Source: Microcystaceae cyanobacterium (GTDB lineage: Bacteria; Cyanobacteriota; Cyanobacteriia; Cyanobacteriales; Microcystaceae). From it: a stretch of 64,000 nucleotides of DNA. Position 1 is the first letter of the stretch. Every line of letters starts with the position of its first letter. This document shows, piece by piece, positions 39,063 to 50,189 of this stretch. The DNA lies in NCBI GenBank assembly GCA_041746575.1, contig JBGTGT010000040.1:1-64000 (forward strand), given 5' to 3'. Both the position numbers and the translations under genes were made by a program. The notes beneath the pieces were generated by a model, which did not search any database, was not told the DNA's origin, and saw only the letters and a program-made list of their open reading frames with translations.

Positions 39063-40313
39063 ATGAAACTTCTCATGCGAAAAAAAGCCCTTTGGATGAC
39101 CGGATTGGTTATTTGTTCCCTCATTTTAGCGTTTTTTAGTTATATTCCTCCAGCGTCTGCCTTTACTGCCCAACAGAAGCTCGTACTGCAATCATGGCGA
39201 CTGGTCAATCAATCTTATTTAGATGAAACCTTCAACCATCAAAATTGGTGGGCTATGCGACAAAATATCTTGAAACGTCCCTTAAATAACCCAGAAGAAG
39301 CTTATACTGCCATTGAAGAAATGTTAGCCAGCCTTGGCGAACCTTTTACCCGTCTATTGCGCCCCGAACAATATCATAACTTGCAAATTAGTACCTCTGG
39401 GGAATTGTCGGGGGTGGGTTTGCAAATTAACATTAATCCCGAAACCCATCACCTAGAAGTGGTTGCCCCCTTAGCCGGTTCTCCTGCCGAAACTGCCGGG
39501 ATTAAAAGCCGCGATCGCATCTTAAAAATCGATGATCATGATACGGATAGCTTAACGTTAGAGCAAGCCGCCACCCTGATGCGAGGCAAAAAAGGCACAA
39601 CCGTTTCCCTTGTGATTCAACCCAGTCAACAAGACACCGCTCGTACAGTTAAAATTATGCGGGATATCATTGCCCTTAGTCCTGTTCACGCTGAGTTAAA
39701 CCAAGACAATCCGCAATTTCCTGTCGGTTATATTCGTCTGAGTCAATTTAGTGCCAATGCCACCAAAGAAGTCGCCCATGCAGTGACAGAATTACAGAAA
39801 AAAGGCGCAAAGAGCTACATTCTAGACCTGCGCAATAATCCGGGGGGATTGTTACAAGCAGGAATTGAAATTGCCCGTTTATGGCTAGATGAGGGTAACA
39901 TTGTCTATACTGTTAACCGTCAGGGAACATCAGATACCTTTACCGCCTCCCATACCGCTTTAACCGCCGATCCCCTAGTGGTGCTAGTCAATCAAGGGAC
40001 AGCGAGTGCCAGTGAGATTTTAGCCGGTGCATTGCAGGACAATGGAAGAGGCTTTATTATGGGTGAGAAAACCTTTGGTAAAGGCTTAATCCAATCGCTT
40101 TTTGAATTACCTGAAGGGGCAGGATTAGCCGTCACCGTGGCAAAATATGAAACCCCCAATCATCAAGATATTCATAAAAAGGGGATTTTACCCGATCAAG
40201 TCATTTCTCAAGATCCTCTAACCTACTATCAAATTGGGACAACCGCCGATTTACAATATCAAGCGGCCTTACAATATCTCCGAGGCGATAGCATCTTAGC
40301 CAAAGCAAGCTAA
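39063..40313 (+). CDS. ctpA: Carboxyl-terminal processing protease (D1-processing CtpA)
   Basis: QSWRLVNQSYLD..FNHQNWW N-terminus, GVGLQI PDZ, LDLRNNPGG, TASASEI, TFGKG. Confidence 0.88.
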   Translation: MKLLMRKKALWMTGLVICSLILAFFSYIPPASAFTAQQKLVLQSWRLVNQSYLDETFNHQNWWAMRQNILKRPLNNPEEAYTAIEEMLASLGEPFTRLLRPEQYHNLQISTSGELSGVGLQININPETHHLEVVAPLAGSPAETAGIKSRDRILKIDDHDTDSLTLEQAATLMRGKKGTTVSLVIQPSQQDTARTVKIMRDIIALSPVHAELNQDNPQFPVGYIRLSQFSANATKEVAHAVTELQKKGAKSYILDLRNNPGGLLQAGIEIARLWLDEGNIVYTVNRQGTSDTFTASHTALTADPLVVLVNQGTASASEILAGALQDNGRGFIMGEKTFGKGLIQSLFELPEGAGLAVTVAKYETPNHQDIHKKGILPDQVISQDPLTYYQIGTTADLQYQAALQYLRGDSILAKAS

Positions 40314-40350
40314 ATAAACCAAGATATTTCGGTACAGTAAAGAAAGTAAT

Positions 40351-41784
40351 TTGGCCGACATCACGGCTACGGTAACAATTTGGAGTAACACGTTGAATAC
40401 CCATTTCTTGAGTTCTCTACTCACTTGGACAAATTTTCCAGTGCTGGCCACGGGGTCAGAAGCTTTTGCAGAGGAGGAATCCCTCGTCTTAGTTAGCGTT
40501 TTACTGAGTTTAGTGGTTGTTTACTTTGCCAGTAAATTAGGGGGCGAAATTTGCTATAAAATCAATCTTCCTCCCGTTCTTGGGGAATTAGTGGGGGGGG
40601 TTGTCGTGGGGATTTCCGTTGCTAAACTCTTAGTTTTCCCCGAAAGTGACGCAACCGCCGATCAATCGTTAATGATGCACTTTTTGGAATGGACAGCAGG
40701 GTTATCCCCAGAAGGAGCGAAACAAGTTTTTGCCTCACAGAGTGAAGTGATTGAAATTTTGTCGGAAATCGGGGTCATCATCCTTCTATTTGAAATTGGT
40801 TTAGAATCTGACCTTAAGGAGTTAATCCGAGTTGGCGCGCAGGCCGCCGTTGTAGCCGTTGTTGGGGTGACTGTTCCTTTCGCCTTGGGAACGTTGGGAC
40901 TCATTTATTTTTTCCAACTTCCGTTGATTCCGTCGATTTTTGCAGGGGCGGCCTTAACAGCGACCAGTATTGGTATTACAGCTAAAGTATTGGCAGAAAT
41001 TGGCAGATTAAGTGGGAAAGAAGGTCAAATAATCATTGGAGCGGCGGTATTAGACGATATTTTGGGGATTATTGTTTTAGCGGTCGTGGCTAGCTTGGTT
41101 AAAACGGGAGAGGTACAAATTAGCAATATTATTGTGCTGATTGTGAGTGCCAGCGCCTTTTTGATCGGCGTTATTGTCCTTGGACGGTTTCTTAGTCCCT
41201 TTTACGTCAAGTTAATCAACGGCATGAAAACCCGCGGCCAAGTCTTGTTAGCGTCTTTGAGCATTGCTTTTATTTTGGCTTATATCGCCCAAATTATTCA
41301 ATTAGAAGCAATCTTAGGCTCATTTGCGGCGGGATTAGTCCTAGCGGAAACAGAAAAACGAAAAGAACTAGAAGAACAAATCATCCCTGTGGCAGATATT
41401 TTTGTCCCCATTTTCTTTGTCTGTGTTGGCGCCAAGACTGATTTAAGCGTGCTTAATCCGGCTATTCCCAGTAACCGAGAAGGCTTAATTATTGCCGCTT
41501 TTTTAATCGTGGTGGCGATTTTCGGTAAGATTGTCACGGGTTTTACCCTATTTAATCAACCGAACTTGAATAAATGGGCAATTGGCGTTGGCATGATCCC
41601 GCGAGGAGAAGTTGGCTTAGTTTTTGCTGGCGTTGGAGCCGCCAGTGGCGCGTTAACCGATGCGACGGAGGCCGCTATTATTATGATGGTCATCTTGACC
41701 ACCTTTATCGCGCCCCCTTGGTTACGGGTGGTCTTCAAGGAGGAAGAACCTGCCGCCGTAGTAGAAGAAAAAACGACCCCTTAG
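40351..41784 (+). CDS. CPA2 Na+/H+ antiporter (NhaS3-like)
   Basis: LPPVLGELVGG, LLFEIGLESD, ATSIGIT, GAAVLDD, GMIPRGEVG; start uncertain. Confidence 0.9.
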   Translation: MADITATVTIWSNTLNTHFLSSLLTWTNFPVLATGSEAFAEEESLVLVSVLLSLVVVYFASKLGGEICYKINLPPVLGELVGGVVVGISVAKLLVFPESDATADQSLMMHFLEWTAGLSPEGAKQVFASQSEVIEILSEIGVIILLFEIGLESDLKELIRVGAQAAVVAVVGVTVPFALGTLGLIYFFQLPLIPSIFAGAALTATSIGITAKVLAEIGRLSGKEGQIIIGAAVLDDILGIIVLAVVASLVKTGEVQISNIIVLIVSASAFLIGVIVLGRFLSPFYVKLINGMKTRGQVLLASLSIAFILAYIAQIIQLEAILGSFAAGLVLAETEKRKELEEQIIPVADIFVPIFFVCVGAKTDLSVLNPAIPSNREGLIIAAFLIVVAIFGKIVTGFTLFNQPNLNKWAIGVGMIPRGEVGLVFAGVGAASGALTDATEAAIIMMVILTTFIAPPWLRVVFKEEEPAAVVEEKTTP

Positions 41785-41947
41785 GGAATAATAAGAATAG
41801 ATCGCATTCCCAACCACTTTCTGCCTCAAAAATTAAAGATCAGGCAGGAAGTGCTTAAATCTATGCCTAAAACGATTCTTCAAGAACAGTGATAGACTCG
41901 GATCAGAATGTCATCTGTCTCTTTACAGATTTAGCCCTTTAGAACCT

Positions 41948-43348
41948 ATGAAGATTAAAGGTGATCGTTTTACGATAGCCCTATTGTCGGTCGGAATTCT
42001 ATCTTTTGTTTTGCGCTTTTGGCAATTGGGGCAATTTAATGAGTTGGTTTTTGATGAAGTTTATTATGCCAAGTTTGCCCATAATTATCTAGTCGGTCAA
42101 CCTTTTTTCCATTCCCATCCTCCTTTAGCACAATATTTGATTGCTCTTGGGATGAAATTAGGCTCATTTTTTCCGGCTCCCCCCGACCAGATGAATGCGT
42201 TAAGTGGCTCGTTGCGCTCTACATTTAGTTATCGTTGGTTAAATGCCTTTACGGGTTCGTTTATTCCTTTAGTGGTGGGAGCGATCGCTTACCAACTAAC
42301 CCATCGTCAACGTTATGGTTTAATGGCGGCATTTTTGGCCAGTTTAGACGGTTTATTTTTAGTCGAATCTCGCTATGCCTTAAATAATATCTATCTAATA
42401 TTATTTGGTTTATTAGGACAATTATTTATTCTTAAGTATATTCAAGATAAGTCTCCTAAAATCTGGCAATTAATCCTTGCCGGTATTTTTTTTGGCATGA
42501 CCCTTTCAATTAAATGGAATGGGTTAGGTTTTTTCTTGGGCATCGGATTATTTTTACTCGGTTTGCGCTTAAAAGAATGGTACTTTGATGTTAAGTTTAA
42601 TCCTCAGTTATTCCCTCACGTTTTATTCCCTTACAAGAGATTAAATCTGACCACTCGTTACACTAATCTTTGGTTATTATTTTCAATTGTACTGGGGGTA
42701 ATGCTCCTTACCTATAGCTTGTTATGGATTCCCCATTTAATGATGAATCCCGAATATAATTTCATAGAAATTCATCAACAAATTCTCTCTTTTCATGAAC
42801 GAGTCGGAGGTAATAATAAAGAAACCCATCCCTACTGCTCCCCTTGGTATAGTTGGTTATTCATGATACGGCCGATTGCTTATTATTATAAAGTTTACCC
42901 TTCCGCAAGTGGCAAAATTATCTACGATGTTCATGCCATGGGTAATCCTTTGCTCTGGTGGAGTTCTACCTTAGCGATGTTACTATTAATTTCGGTTTGG
43001 TTACAACGAGCATTTTTAGGGCAATTTCGACTTTATCCGGTGGGTTATTCTACCCCTATTATTCTTTATTTAGTGATGAATTATTCAGCCAATTTACTTC
43101 CTTGGCTCTCGGTTCATCGCTGTACTTTTTTGTATCATTATATGGCATCCTATGTCTTTTCATGGTTAGCGTTAGGCTGGATTATTGATCATTGGTTATC
43201 GAGTCCCCTTGATGATTATCGTTGGTTAGGTCGGGGAATTTTGGTTTTAATTGTTCTGGCTTTTATCTTCTGGTTGCCTATTTATTTAGGAATCCCTTTA
43301 TCTGAACCTCAATTTAAGCTTCGTTTATGGTTCAATAGTTGGATTTAA
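41948..43348 (+). CDS. PMT-family (GT39) lipid-carrier-dependent protein mannosyltransferase
   Basis: VFDEVYY, HPPLA, ESRYAL, KWNG, HPYCSPWYSW, FLYHY. Confidence 0.9.
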   Translation: MKIKGDRFTIALLSVGILSFVLRFWQLGQFNELVFDEVYYAKFAHNYLVGQPFFHSHPPLAQYLIALGMKLGSFFPAPPDQMNALSGSLRSTFSYRWLNAFTGSFIPLVVGAIAYQLTHRQRYGLMAAFLASLDGLFLVESRYALNNIYLILFGLLGQLFILKYIQDKSPKIWQLILAGIFFGMTLSIKWNGLGFFLGIGLFLLGLRLKEWYFDVKFNPQLFPHVLFPYKRLNLTTRYTNLWLLFSIVLGVMLLTYSLLWIPHLMMNPEYNFIEIHQQILSFHERVGGNNKETHPYCSPWYSWLFMIRPIAYYYKVYPSASGKIIYDVHAMGNPLLWWSSTLAMLLLISVWLQRAFLGQFRLYPVGYSTPIILYLVMNYSANLLPWLSVHRCTFLYHYMASYVFSWLALGWIIDHWLSSPLDDYRWLGRGILVLIVLAFIFWLPIYLGIPLSEPQFKLRLWFNSWI

Positions 43349-43573
43349 TGCAAAAAATAAGATTTCTCTTCTGCTACAACAAACCCTTATATTAAGATCA
43401 TTTTGAGACATACTGCAGGGTAGCCTTAATTTTCCCATCCCTAGCAAAAAATTATTTTTTTTTTAGGATTGACCGGATTTGTAATAAATCGTTAAATTCT
43501 TCAGGCAAAGATACACAGTATGCTGATTAGCAGAAGACCCAGCTACTTACTGTTAACAATTGTATTGTCATCC

Positions 43574-44419
43574 ATGCTCGACAAGATTCTATACACCGAT
43601 TCTGGTACCGGCCATACCCAAGAGATGCTAAAAGTCTTGATGGATCTACCCGCTATCCAAAAGGCATCCGTAACCGTTCTGCACGTTGTTCCTCCTCAAA
43701 TAACGGCAGAGGCCGTCACCCAAAAATGGGAAGAGGGAGGGGAAATTATTAAAGGAATCCTCCAGAATATTGCCCTAGATCCCAGTAAAGTCTCCACTAT
43801 GCTTCGTCAAGGCGATCCCAAAGATGAGGTATGTTTGGCGGCCGAAGAATGTAATGCCGATCTCATCCTTATGGGATCAAGAGGATTAAAACGCCTAGAA
43901 GCGATTTTAGAAAACTCTATCAGTCAATATGTCTTTCAACTGTCCACTCGTCCGATGTTACTGGTGAAAGATGATATTTACGTCAAAAAGATTAAGCGGG
44001 TGATGGTTGCTTTAGATAAATCGCCGGCGGCAGACTATGCCCTTGATTTAGCTATTTTTCTCTTGCGGAATTACCCTGAAGCAGAATTATGGTTAGCAAG
44101 GGTGAATCCAGACCTTAAACCCGATTTACTGCCCCTGTCTAAGCAAGAAATGGAAAACAACCCGATTCTTGCCCCTGCTGTTGCCAAGGCCAAACGGATG
44201 AATATTCCTTATCGGTGCGTTGTCACTGGGGGACGACCGAGCGAAGAAATTTGTCGCCTAGTTGAGGACAATAATATCGACTTGTTACTATTGGGATCGC
44301 CTGAGCGTCGCCCTTCCGTGGCCAAAACCTTACCCGACCTTGACCGCCTTTTGGGAACGTCTCTATCGGACTATATTCGAGTCAATGTCAGTTGTCCTGT
44401 CTTGTTGGCGCGTCGCTAG
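43574..44419 (+). CDS. Tandem universal stress protein
   Basis: Two USP domains (GDPKD..ADLILMGSRG; GRPSE..IDLLLLGS..PVLLAR). Confidence 0.9.
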   Translation: MLDKILYTDSGTGHTQEMLKVLMDLPAIQKASVTVLHVVPPQITAEAVTQKWEEGGEIIKGILQNIALDPSKVSTMLRQGDPKDEVCLAAEECNADLILMGSRGLKRLEAILENSISQYVFQLSTRPMLLVKDDIYVKKIKRVMVALDKSPAADYALDLAIFLLRNYPEAELWLARVNPDLKPDLLPLSKQEMENNPILAPAVAKAKRMNIPYRCVVTGGRPSEEICRLVEDNNIDLLLLGSPERRPSVAKTLPDLDRLLGTSLSDYIRVNVSCPVLLARR

Positions 44420-44527
44420 GATTTTATCTACTTAGTAAAGCAAAAGTAGCCTTGAAAAATGGGGTGATCTAGTTAAATCTGATCGCCCCATATTTTGGTA
44501 ATTTTCGCATGATTCCAAGGGAAATCT

Positions 44528-44632
44528 TTAGTTTTCTTGTTTTCCTGTTTGGATATACAGGATGAGTAAAAAAACGGTCGGGACAAGAACAAATAAAATG
44601 GTGGCAACAAATCCTAAATCATTGACTTGCAT
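44528..44632 (-). CDS. psbM: Photosystem II protein M (absent from the ORF track)
   Basis: [34 protein letters not shown] with GGAG RBS. Confidence 0.95.
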   Translation of the reverse strand: MQVNDLGFVATILFVLVPTVFLLILYIQTGKQEN

Positions 44633-44704
44633 GGATGAACGGCCTCTCCACGATCGTAATGGATGAACATTTCCTAGAATATCATCATCTTGCCCTTCTT
44701 TAAT

Positions 44705-44836
44705 TTAATCTTCGTGATCGTCAAACGGGTCGCTGAGTTGGGCGGACGGTGGACCAAAGGCTGTATAAAGGGCAATTCCAGTAATGATGACCAGCATTAC
44801 GCCTATACCAATCGAAATAAAGGTGGCGGATTCCAT
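44705..44836 (-). CDS. psbN: PsbN (photosystem biogenesis factor; absent from the ORF track)
   Basis: [43 protein letters not shown], 43 aa with the FGPPS..L.DPF..HED signature. Confidence 0.95.
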   Translation of the reverse strand: MESATFISIGIGVMLVIITGIALYTAFGPPSAQLSDPFDDHED

Positions 44837-45024
44837 AAGAGATATTAAATCGTATTTTCTGTTCTTTTATGATATTACAAAACCTTATATTTTCACCGTT
44901 CAATTATGAGAAGCGGTTTTTACACCTTTGTCAATAAATTTTAACAATTGTTTACATTATTAGGGATTCCCAGATATAATAGAGGGCATGACAGGAGTCT
45001 TAATTATCAGGAGTGTAACTAACC

Positions 45025-45249
45025 ATGAAAAATCAGACGACGAGTCATTTAATGCCTTCTGACCGCCCTAAGATGAGTTTATTAGCTCTTCTCTTCTTCA
45101 TGCTAGGGTCAGTAGATCTCTATGGACGCATTCAATCGATTCAGCAAACCCCGTCAACGTCTCAGATGTCTATTGCTCCTCTCCTCAAGTTAATTCTCTT
45201 AGGAGTGACAGCGGCCGGGATGCTAGAAATCGGGCATTTTCTAATCTAA
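45025..45249 (+). CDS. Small hypothetical membrane protein
   Basis: AGGAG RBS, upstream TATAAT at ~44975, two hydrophobic segments. Confidence 0.55.
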   Translation: MKNQTTSHLMPSDRPKMSLLALLFFMLGSVDLYGRIQSIQQTPSTSQMSIAPLLKLILLGVTAAGMLEIGHFLI

Positions 45250-45526
45250 ACAAAAAAACAAGCTTTTTAGGGAGAAATAGGTGATTCAGTAACCCTGATC
45301 CGGTTCAGGGTAGAACATGAAGCATCTTATTGAAAATCGTTGGCTCTTGCCTTTCAAATATATACTAACGCTACTGACTTTTGCGAGGTAACTGTTAACG
45401 ATTGCCCTATCTCCTAAAATGAGACTCCTTTTGAGGGAGAAGAAGCTTGCCAATTGTTTCGGAACTAATGATACACTGAGCAATGTTAACTAAAACTTTG
45501 TCAAAGACGCTGAGGAAGGAACGCTA

Positions 45527-46690
45527 ATGAAAGCCATGATTCTGGCGGCGGGGAAAGGAACACGAGTTCGTCCAATCACTTATACAATTCCTAAACCCTT
45601 AATTCCCATTTTACAGAAGCCAGTAATGGAATTTTTGCTCGAACTGCTAAGGCAGCATGGGTTTAATCAAATCATGGTGAATGTTAGTCATTTAGCAGAA
45701 GAAATTGAAAGCTACTTTCGGGATGGTCAACGGTTCGGCGTAGAGATTGGCTATTCTTTTGAGGGGTATATTGACGAAGACGGCAAATTAGTCGGGAAAG
45801 CATTGGGATCTGCGGGAGGAATACGAAAAATACAAGACTTCTCCCCTTTTTTTGATGGTACATTTATTGTACTGTGTGGCGATGCTCTCATTGACCTTGA
45901 TTTAACGGCGGCGGTAAAGTTTCATAGAGAAAAAGGGTCAATTGCCACCATTATCACCAAATCTGTCCCCAAAGACGTCGTTTCTAGCTACGGGGTCGTC
46001 GTGACGGACGAAAATGGACAGGTAAGAACGTTCCAAGAAAAACCTTCCGTTGAAGAAGCGTTAGGTACAAATATTAACTCTGGCATTTACATTTTTGAAC
46101 CAGAAGTGATTGATTTTATTCCTCCTAATCAAGAATACGACATCGGAGGCGATTTATTTCCTCAACTCGTTGCCAAAGGTGCGCCCTTCTATGCCGTCAA
46201 TATGGATTTTGAATGGGTAGATATCGGGAAAGTACCGGATTATTGGCACGCTATTCGTGGTGTTCTCTTACGGGAGATAAAAAATGTCGAAATTCCGGGA
46301 GTAGAAGTTCAACCGGGCGTTTATGCAGGGTTAAATGTTGCGGTTAATTGGGATAAAGTCAATATTCAAGGGCCGGTTTATATTGGTGCCATGACGAAAA
46401 TTGAGGATGGCGCAACGATTATTGGCCCTAGTATGATTGGTCCGAGTTGTTGGATTTGTAGCGGTGCCACGGTGGATAATAGCGTTATTTTTGAATATTC
46501 TCGCTTAGGACCGGGGGTTTATCTGGTAGATAAATTAGTATTTGGACGTTATTGCGTTGATAAGACAGGACACGCCATTGATGTGCAGGCGGCGGCTTTA
46601 GATTGGTTGATTACGGATGCCCGTCAACTGCCCCATAAACAGGAAATCTCCGCCAGTCAAACACTGGCTGATTTGATTCCCAAAGAGTGA
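45527..46690 (+). CDS. cugP: NDP-sugar synthase; cyanobacterial UDP-glucose pyrophosphorylase CugP type
   Basis: MKAMILAAGKGTRVRPIT..IPKP, FQEKP, WVDIG, C-terminal left-handed beta-helix, LDWLITDAR. Confidence 0.8.
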   Translation: MKAMILAAGKGTRVRPITYTIPKPLIPILQKPVMEFLLELLRQHGFNQIMVNVSHLAEEIESYFRDGQRFGVEIGYSFEGYIDEDGKLVGKALGSAGGIRKIQDFSPFFDGTFIVLCGDALIDLDLTAAVKFHREKGSIATIITKSVPKDVVSSYGVVVTDENGQVRTFQEKPSVEEALGTNINSGIYIFEPEVIDFIPPNQEYDIGGDLFPQLVAKGAPFYAVNMDFEWVDIGKVPDYWHAIRGVLLREIKNVEIPGVEVQPGVYAGLNVAVNWDKVNIQGPVYIGAMTKIEDGATIIGPSMIGPSCWICSGATVDNSVIFEYSRLGPGVYLVDKLVFGRYCVDKTGHAIDVQAAALDWLITDARQLPHKQEISASQTLADLIPKE

Positions 46691-46801
46691 AATCACTTAA
46701 AATTGAGTTAAATTTTCTGACAAATCCCTATCGGAGGCGACATTCCTACTCGGTTCGTCAAAGGGCTAGTAACTTATCCCTATCAAAGTTTTTTTTGTAA
46801 C

Positions 46802-47500
46802 ATGAATAAAGACCGAATTATTGTCCCTTTAGATGTTCCGAGTGTACAAGAGGCGATCGCTCTTTTAGACCAATTACCCGATGTGACCTTTTGGAAAGTC
46901 GGATTAGAATTATTTGTCAGTCAGGGAGCTGAAATTTTAAAAATTCTGCAAATTCGTCAGAAAAGAATCTTTTTAGACCTAAAATTGCATGATATCCCTA
47001 ATACGATGGGCGGAGCTTGTCGTTCTGTCCTTAATTATTCAGTTGACTTACTCACTCTTCATATTGCATCCGGTAGAAACGCCCTTAATACCTCGGTGCA
47101 AGCGATAAAAACCTTCTCACCTCGCCCTCAACTATTGGGAATTACGGTTTTGACCAGTTTAACGGCAAGGGATTTGGCATTTGACCTAAAAATACCCTTA
47201 GAATTACCTGATTATGCTTTAAAAATGGCACTTTTAGCCCAAGAGTGCGGTTTAGATGGGGCAGTGTGTTCTCCGCAAGAAGTGGCACAATTACGACAGG
47301 TATGTGGCAGAGATTTTTGCCTCGTGTGTCCGGGGGTTCGTCCGATTTGGTCTCAATCGGGTGATCAAAAACGGGTAATGACGCCAACGGAGGCTTTTAA
47401 AGCGGGGGCTAATTATCTGGTGGTTGGTCGTCCGATTACCCAAGCAGACTATCCTAAAGACGCATGGCAACGCATTTGCGAGGAAATTGCTTCAATCTAA
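46802..47500 (+). CDS. pyrF: Orotidine-5'-phosphate decarboxylase
   Basis: [39 protein letters not shown]. Confidence 0.96.
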   Translation: MNKDRIIVPLDVPSVQEAIALLDQLPDVTFWKVGLELFVSQGAEILKILQIRQKRIFLDLKLHDIPNTMGGACRSVLNYSVDLLTLHIASGRNALNTSVQAIKTFSPRPQLLGITVLTSLTARDLAFDLKIPLELPDYALKMALLAQECGLDGAVCSPQEVAQLRQVCGRDFCLVCPGVRPIWSQSGDQKRVMTPTEAFKAGANYLVVGRPITQADYPKDAWQRICEEIASI

Positions 47501-47581
47501 TATTTTTTGGCAATAGGAAAGTAGGGGGAATTGATTGCAGTTAAATTAAGCTTATGCTGATTCGGAAAAGGGATCTAACGA

Positions 47582-48157
47582 ATGTTCTTCGCTAAAAAAC
47601 AGTTGATCGTTAGGGTTAATTTAGTCATTTTGCTGGTTTTAGGAGGTTTTATAGACACGAAAGCCCAAAATCCTCCCGATAACTGTCCTCAATCCCTAGA
47701 AACGTTAACGGATGACCTATTAAAAGATTTACCGGCCTATGCCAATCGAGTGATTCAGCGATCGCGCTTATCGAATGATTCCTTTGACAATAGCTATATT
47801 ATCTTGGCTGGAAGGCCTGAATTTGAACCTTTGCCTTTGCAAACTGCACAATATCAACCTATTTTTCCTGATGCCACTGAACAGCTTTTTTTTACGACCT
47901 TAGAGCGTCACTATCGAACTCAGCAAGCGGTGACCTTTCAAAGTTTCCATTGGGTATTTTTTAGCAAAATTAAGGGAAAATGGCAATTAATAAAAGTTTT
48001 ATCACAACTAACAGCTTTAGAATCCGAAAGCATTCCGTTACCGCCAGAAGACACGACCAACGGCGTAATTGGTCAAGGAATTCGTCTTTGGTTGAGAGAT
48101 TGCAATACCGTTCGTCTATCTAAAATGAATGAAAAAAGGGGGATGAAAAGGAAATAG
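47582..48157 (+). CDS. Conserved-type cyanobacterial exported hypothetical protein
   Basis: Signal-like N-terminus; DLPAYANRVIQR, FFTTLER, WLRDC. Confidence 0.75.
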   Translation: MFFAKKQLIVRVNLVILLVLGGFIDTKAQNPPDNCPQSLETLTDDLLKDLPAYANRVIQRSRLSNDSFDNSYIILAGRPEFEPLPLQTAQYQPIFPDATEQLFFTTLERHYRTQQAVTFQSFHWVFFSKIKGKWQLIKVLSQLTALESESIPLPPEDTTNGVIGQGIRLWLRDCNTVRLSKMNEKRGMKRK

Positions 48158-48219
48158 AAAAATATCTTAAGATTAGTGCGTCGTGCGATCAAATTTAAAA
48201 TCTGAAATTCAAAATCGTT

Positions 48220-49020
48220 ATGAAAAATCTGCTGTTTGAGACGGAATTAGGATCATGGTTACAACGGTCGTGGGCTGCCGTCTTATTATTAGGACGGACG
48301 TTATTTTGCTTGCTCACCCGTAAGATTGACGTTCGCAATTCCATCAAACAATTAATGTTTGTCGGGCCAGCTTCTCTGGTTATTGCGATGATCACGGCGG
48401 CGGTGATTGGCATGATTTTCACGATTCAAGTGGCGCGGGAATTTTTGGCTTTAGGAGCAGGGAGTGCGGTGGGAGGCATCTTAGCGATCGCGCTAAGTCG
48501 GGAACTGAGTCCTATCATGATGGCGGTTGTGGTAGCTGGACGCGTAGGTTCAGCCTTCGCCGCAGAAATTGGCACAATGCGGGTTACTGATCAAATCGAT
48601 GCCTTGTATATGCTTAAAACCGACCCTGTCGAATATTTAGTTGTTCCTCGCTTGATAGCCTGTTGTGTGATGGTGCCGATCCTCAGTATCCTAGCACTGA
48701 TGATTGGGTTATTGGGCGGATTAATCATCGCTCAAGGGGTATATAACATTGCCAGTACGGTTTTTTTAGATTCTATTAGAACCTTTCTAGGGGTATGGGA
48801 TGTATTTGCAGGTCCGATTAAAGGGATTATTTTTGGGATACTGATTGCCATTATTGGCTGTAATTGGGGATTAACTACCAGAGGGGGCGCAAAAGGAGTG
48901 GGACAATCCACGACAGCGGCAGTGGTAACGTCTTTATTAGCCATTTTTGTGTCAAACTTTATCTTATCTTGGATTATGTTTAAAGGATCAGGGAGTGGGG
49001 CATCTTTGATTGGGAAGTAG
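48220..49020 (+). CDS. MlaE-family lipid ABC transporter permease
   Basis: RELSP, GRVGSAFAAEIGTMRVTDQIDAL, GGAKGVGQSTT. Confidence 0.93.
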   Translation: MKNLLFETELGSWLQRSWAAVLLLGRTLFCLLTRKIDVRNSIKQLMFVGPASLVIAMITAAVIGMIFTIQVAREFLALGAGSAVGGILAIALSRELSPIMMAVVVAGRVGSAFAAEIGTMRVTDQIDALYMLKTDPVEYLVVPRLIACCVMVPILSILALMIGLLGGLIIAQGVYNIASTVFLDSIRTFLGVWDVFAGPIKGIIFGILIAIIGCNWGLTTRGGAKGVGQSTTAAVVTSLLAIFVSNFILSWIMFKGSGSGASLIGK

Positions 49021-49151
49021 TCCTAGTCCTTCAAGAATGATCCCAAAGAAAATCGAAAGATCCTTAAAGAGACATTAGATTACATCATCAATCTTAGAAG
49101 AATGCCTTACCCTAAGGGAAGTAGGCAATTTTAATTTTGAGATCAATCACT

Positions 49152-50087
49152 GTGAAGATACCCAGCAATATTATTACCCTCATTATCGGTATTCTCATTA
49201 CCCTCGTTAGCCTCTGGTATGGTCAAAATCATGGCTTAATGCCTGTGGCGGCCTCTGAGGATGCCAAACAAGTAGATGCCATCTTCAATCTGATGATGAC
49301 CATTGCAACAGGACTATTCCTAATCATTGAAGGGGTTTTGATCTATTGTGTGATCAAGTTTCGCCGTAAACCGGGAGATCAAACCGATGGGCCCGCTATT
49401 GAAGGAAATGTTCCGCTAGAAATGCTTTGGACGGCGATTCCGACCATTATTGTCTTTTTCTTAGCGGTTTATAGCTTTGAAATCTATAACAATTTGGGAG
49501 GGCTAAATCCGGTGATTTCCCAAAATGCCAGTCCGCAAAAAATCGCCATGGCCGGTCATCACGGTCATATTGCTTTAGGAATCGGCCCCGCTTTAGACGA
49601 AGATTCCGCTAAAAAAACCCTAGTGGTTAAGGTCAAGGGAATTCAATACGCTTGGATTTTCACTTATCCTGACACCGGAATTGTCACAGGAGAACTTCAC
49701 GTCCCTAAAGATCAACCCGTTCAGCTAAATATGGAAGCGGGGGACGTAATCCACGCTTTTTGGGTTCCTCAGTTACGTTTGAAGCAAGATGTCATCCCCG
49801 GACGAGAAACCATTCTCGCTTTTGCGGCCAATCGGGAGGGAACGTATCCGGTCGTGTGTGCTGAATTATGCGGTGCCTATCATGGAGGGATGAAAACCAA
49901 AATGTATGTAGAAAGTCCCGACGATTATCAAAAATGGGTTGAGGCGAATGCTCCAGCAAAAGAAGACAGTAAAGGAGACGAAGTGGCGATTCTCGCTCCC
50001 AATTTATCGGATGGCGAATTTTTGGCTCCTTTTATCGAAAATATGGGGGTTGAGGCTGAAAGTATTGCCCATTTACCTCATCACTAG
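49152..50087 (+). CDS. coxB: Cytochrome c oxidase subunit II
   Basis: DVIHAFWVP, CAELCGAYHGGM CuA motif; GTG start assumed. Confidence 0.96.
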   Translation: MKIPSNIITLIIGILITLVSLWYGQNHGLMPVAASEDAKQVDAIFNLMMTIATGLFLIIEGVLIYCVIKFRRKPGDQTDGPAIEGNVPLEMLWTAIPTIIVFFLAVYSFEIYNNLGGLNPVISQNASPQKIAMAGHHGHIALGIGPALDEDSAKKTLVVKVKGIQYAWIFTYPDTGIVTGELHVPKDQPVQLNMEAGDVIHAFWVPQLRLKQDVIPGRETILAFAANREGTYPVVCAELCGAYHGGMKTKMYVESPDDYQKWVEANAPAKEDSKGDEVAILAPNLSDGEFLAPFIENMGVEAESIAHLPHH

Positions 50088-50189
50088 GATCAGAATTTTG
50101 AGAATTTGAAGATTTACAGGATTTTCAAGACCATTAGAAGCCTGAACTTCTGAATTTCTACCATCTACCATTTATAATTTACAATCGAA

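Noticed and set aside
44721..44903. 60-aa ORF in the track
   Set aside because: Alternative frame overlapping the real psbN
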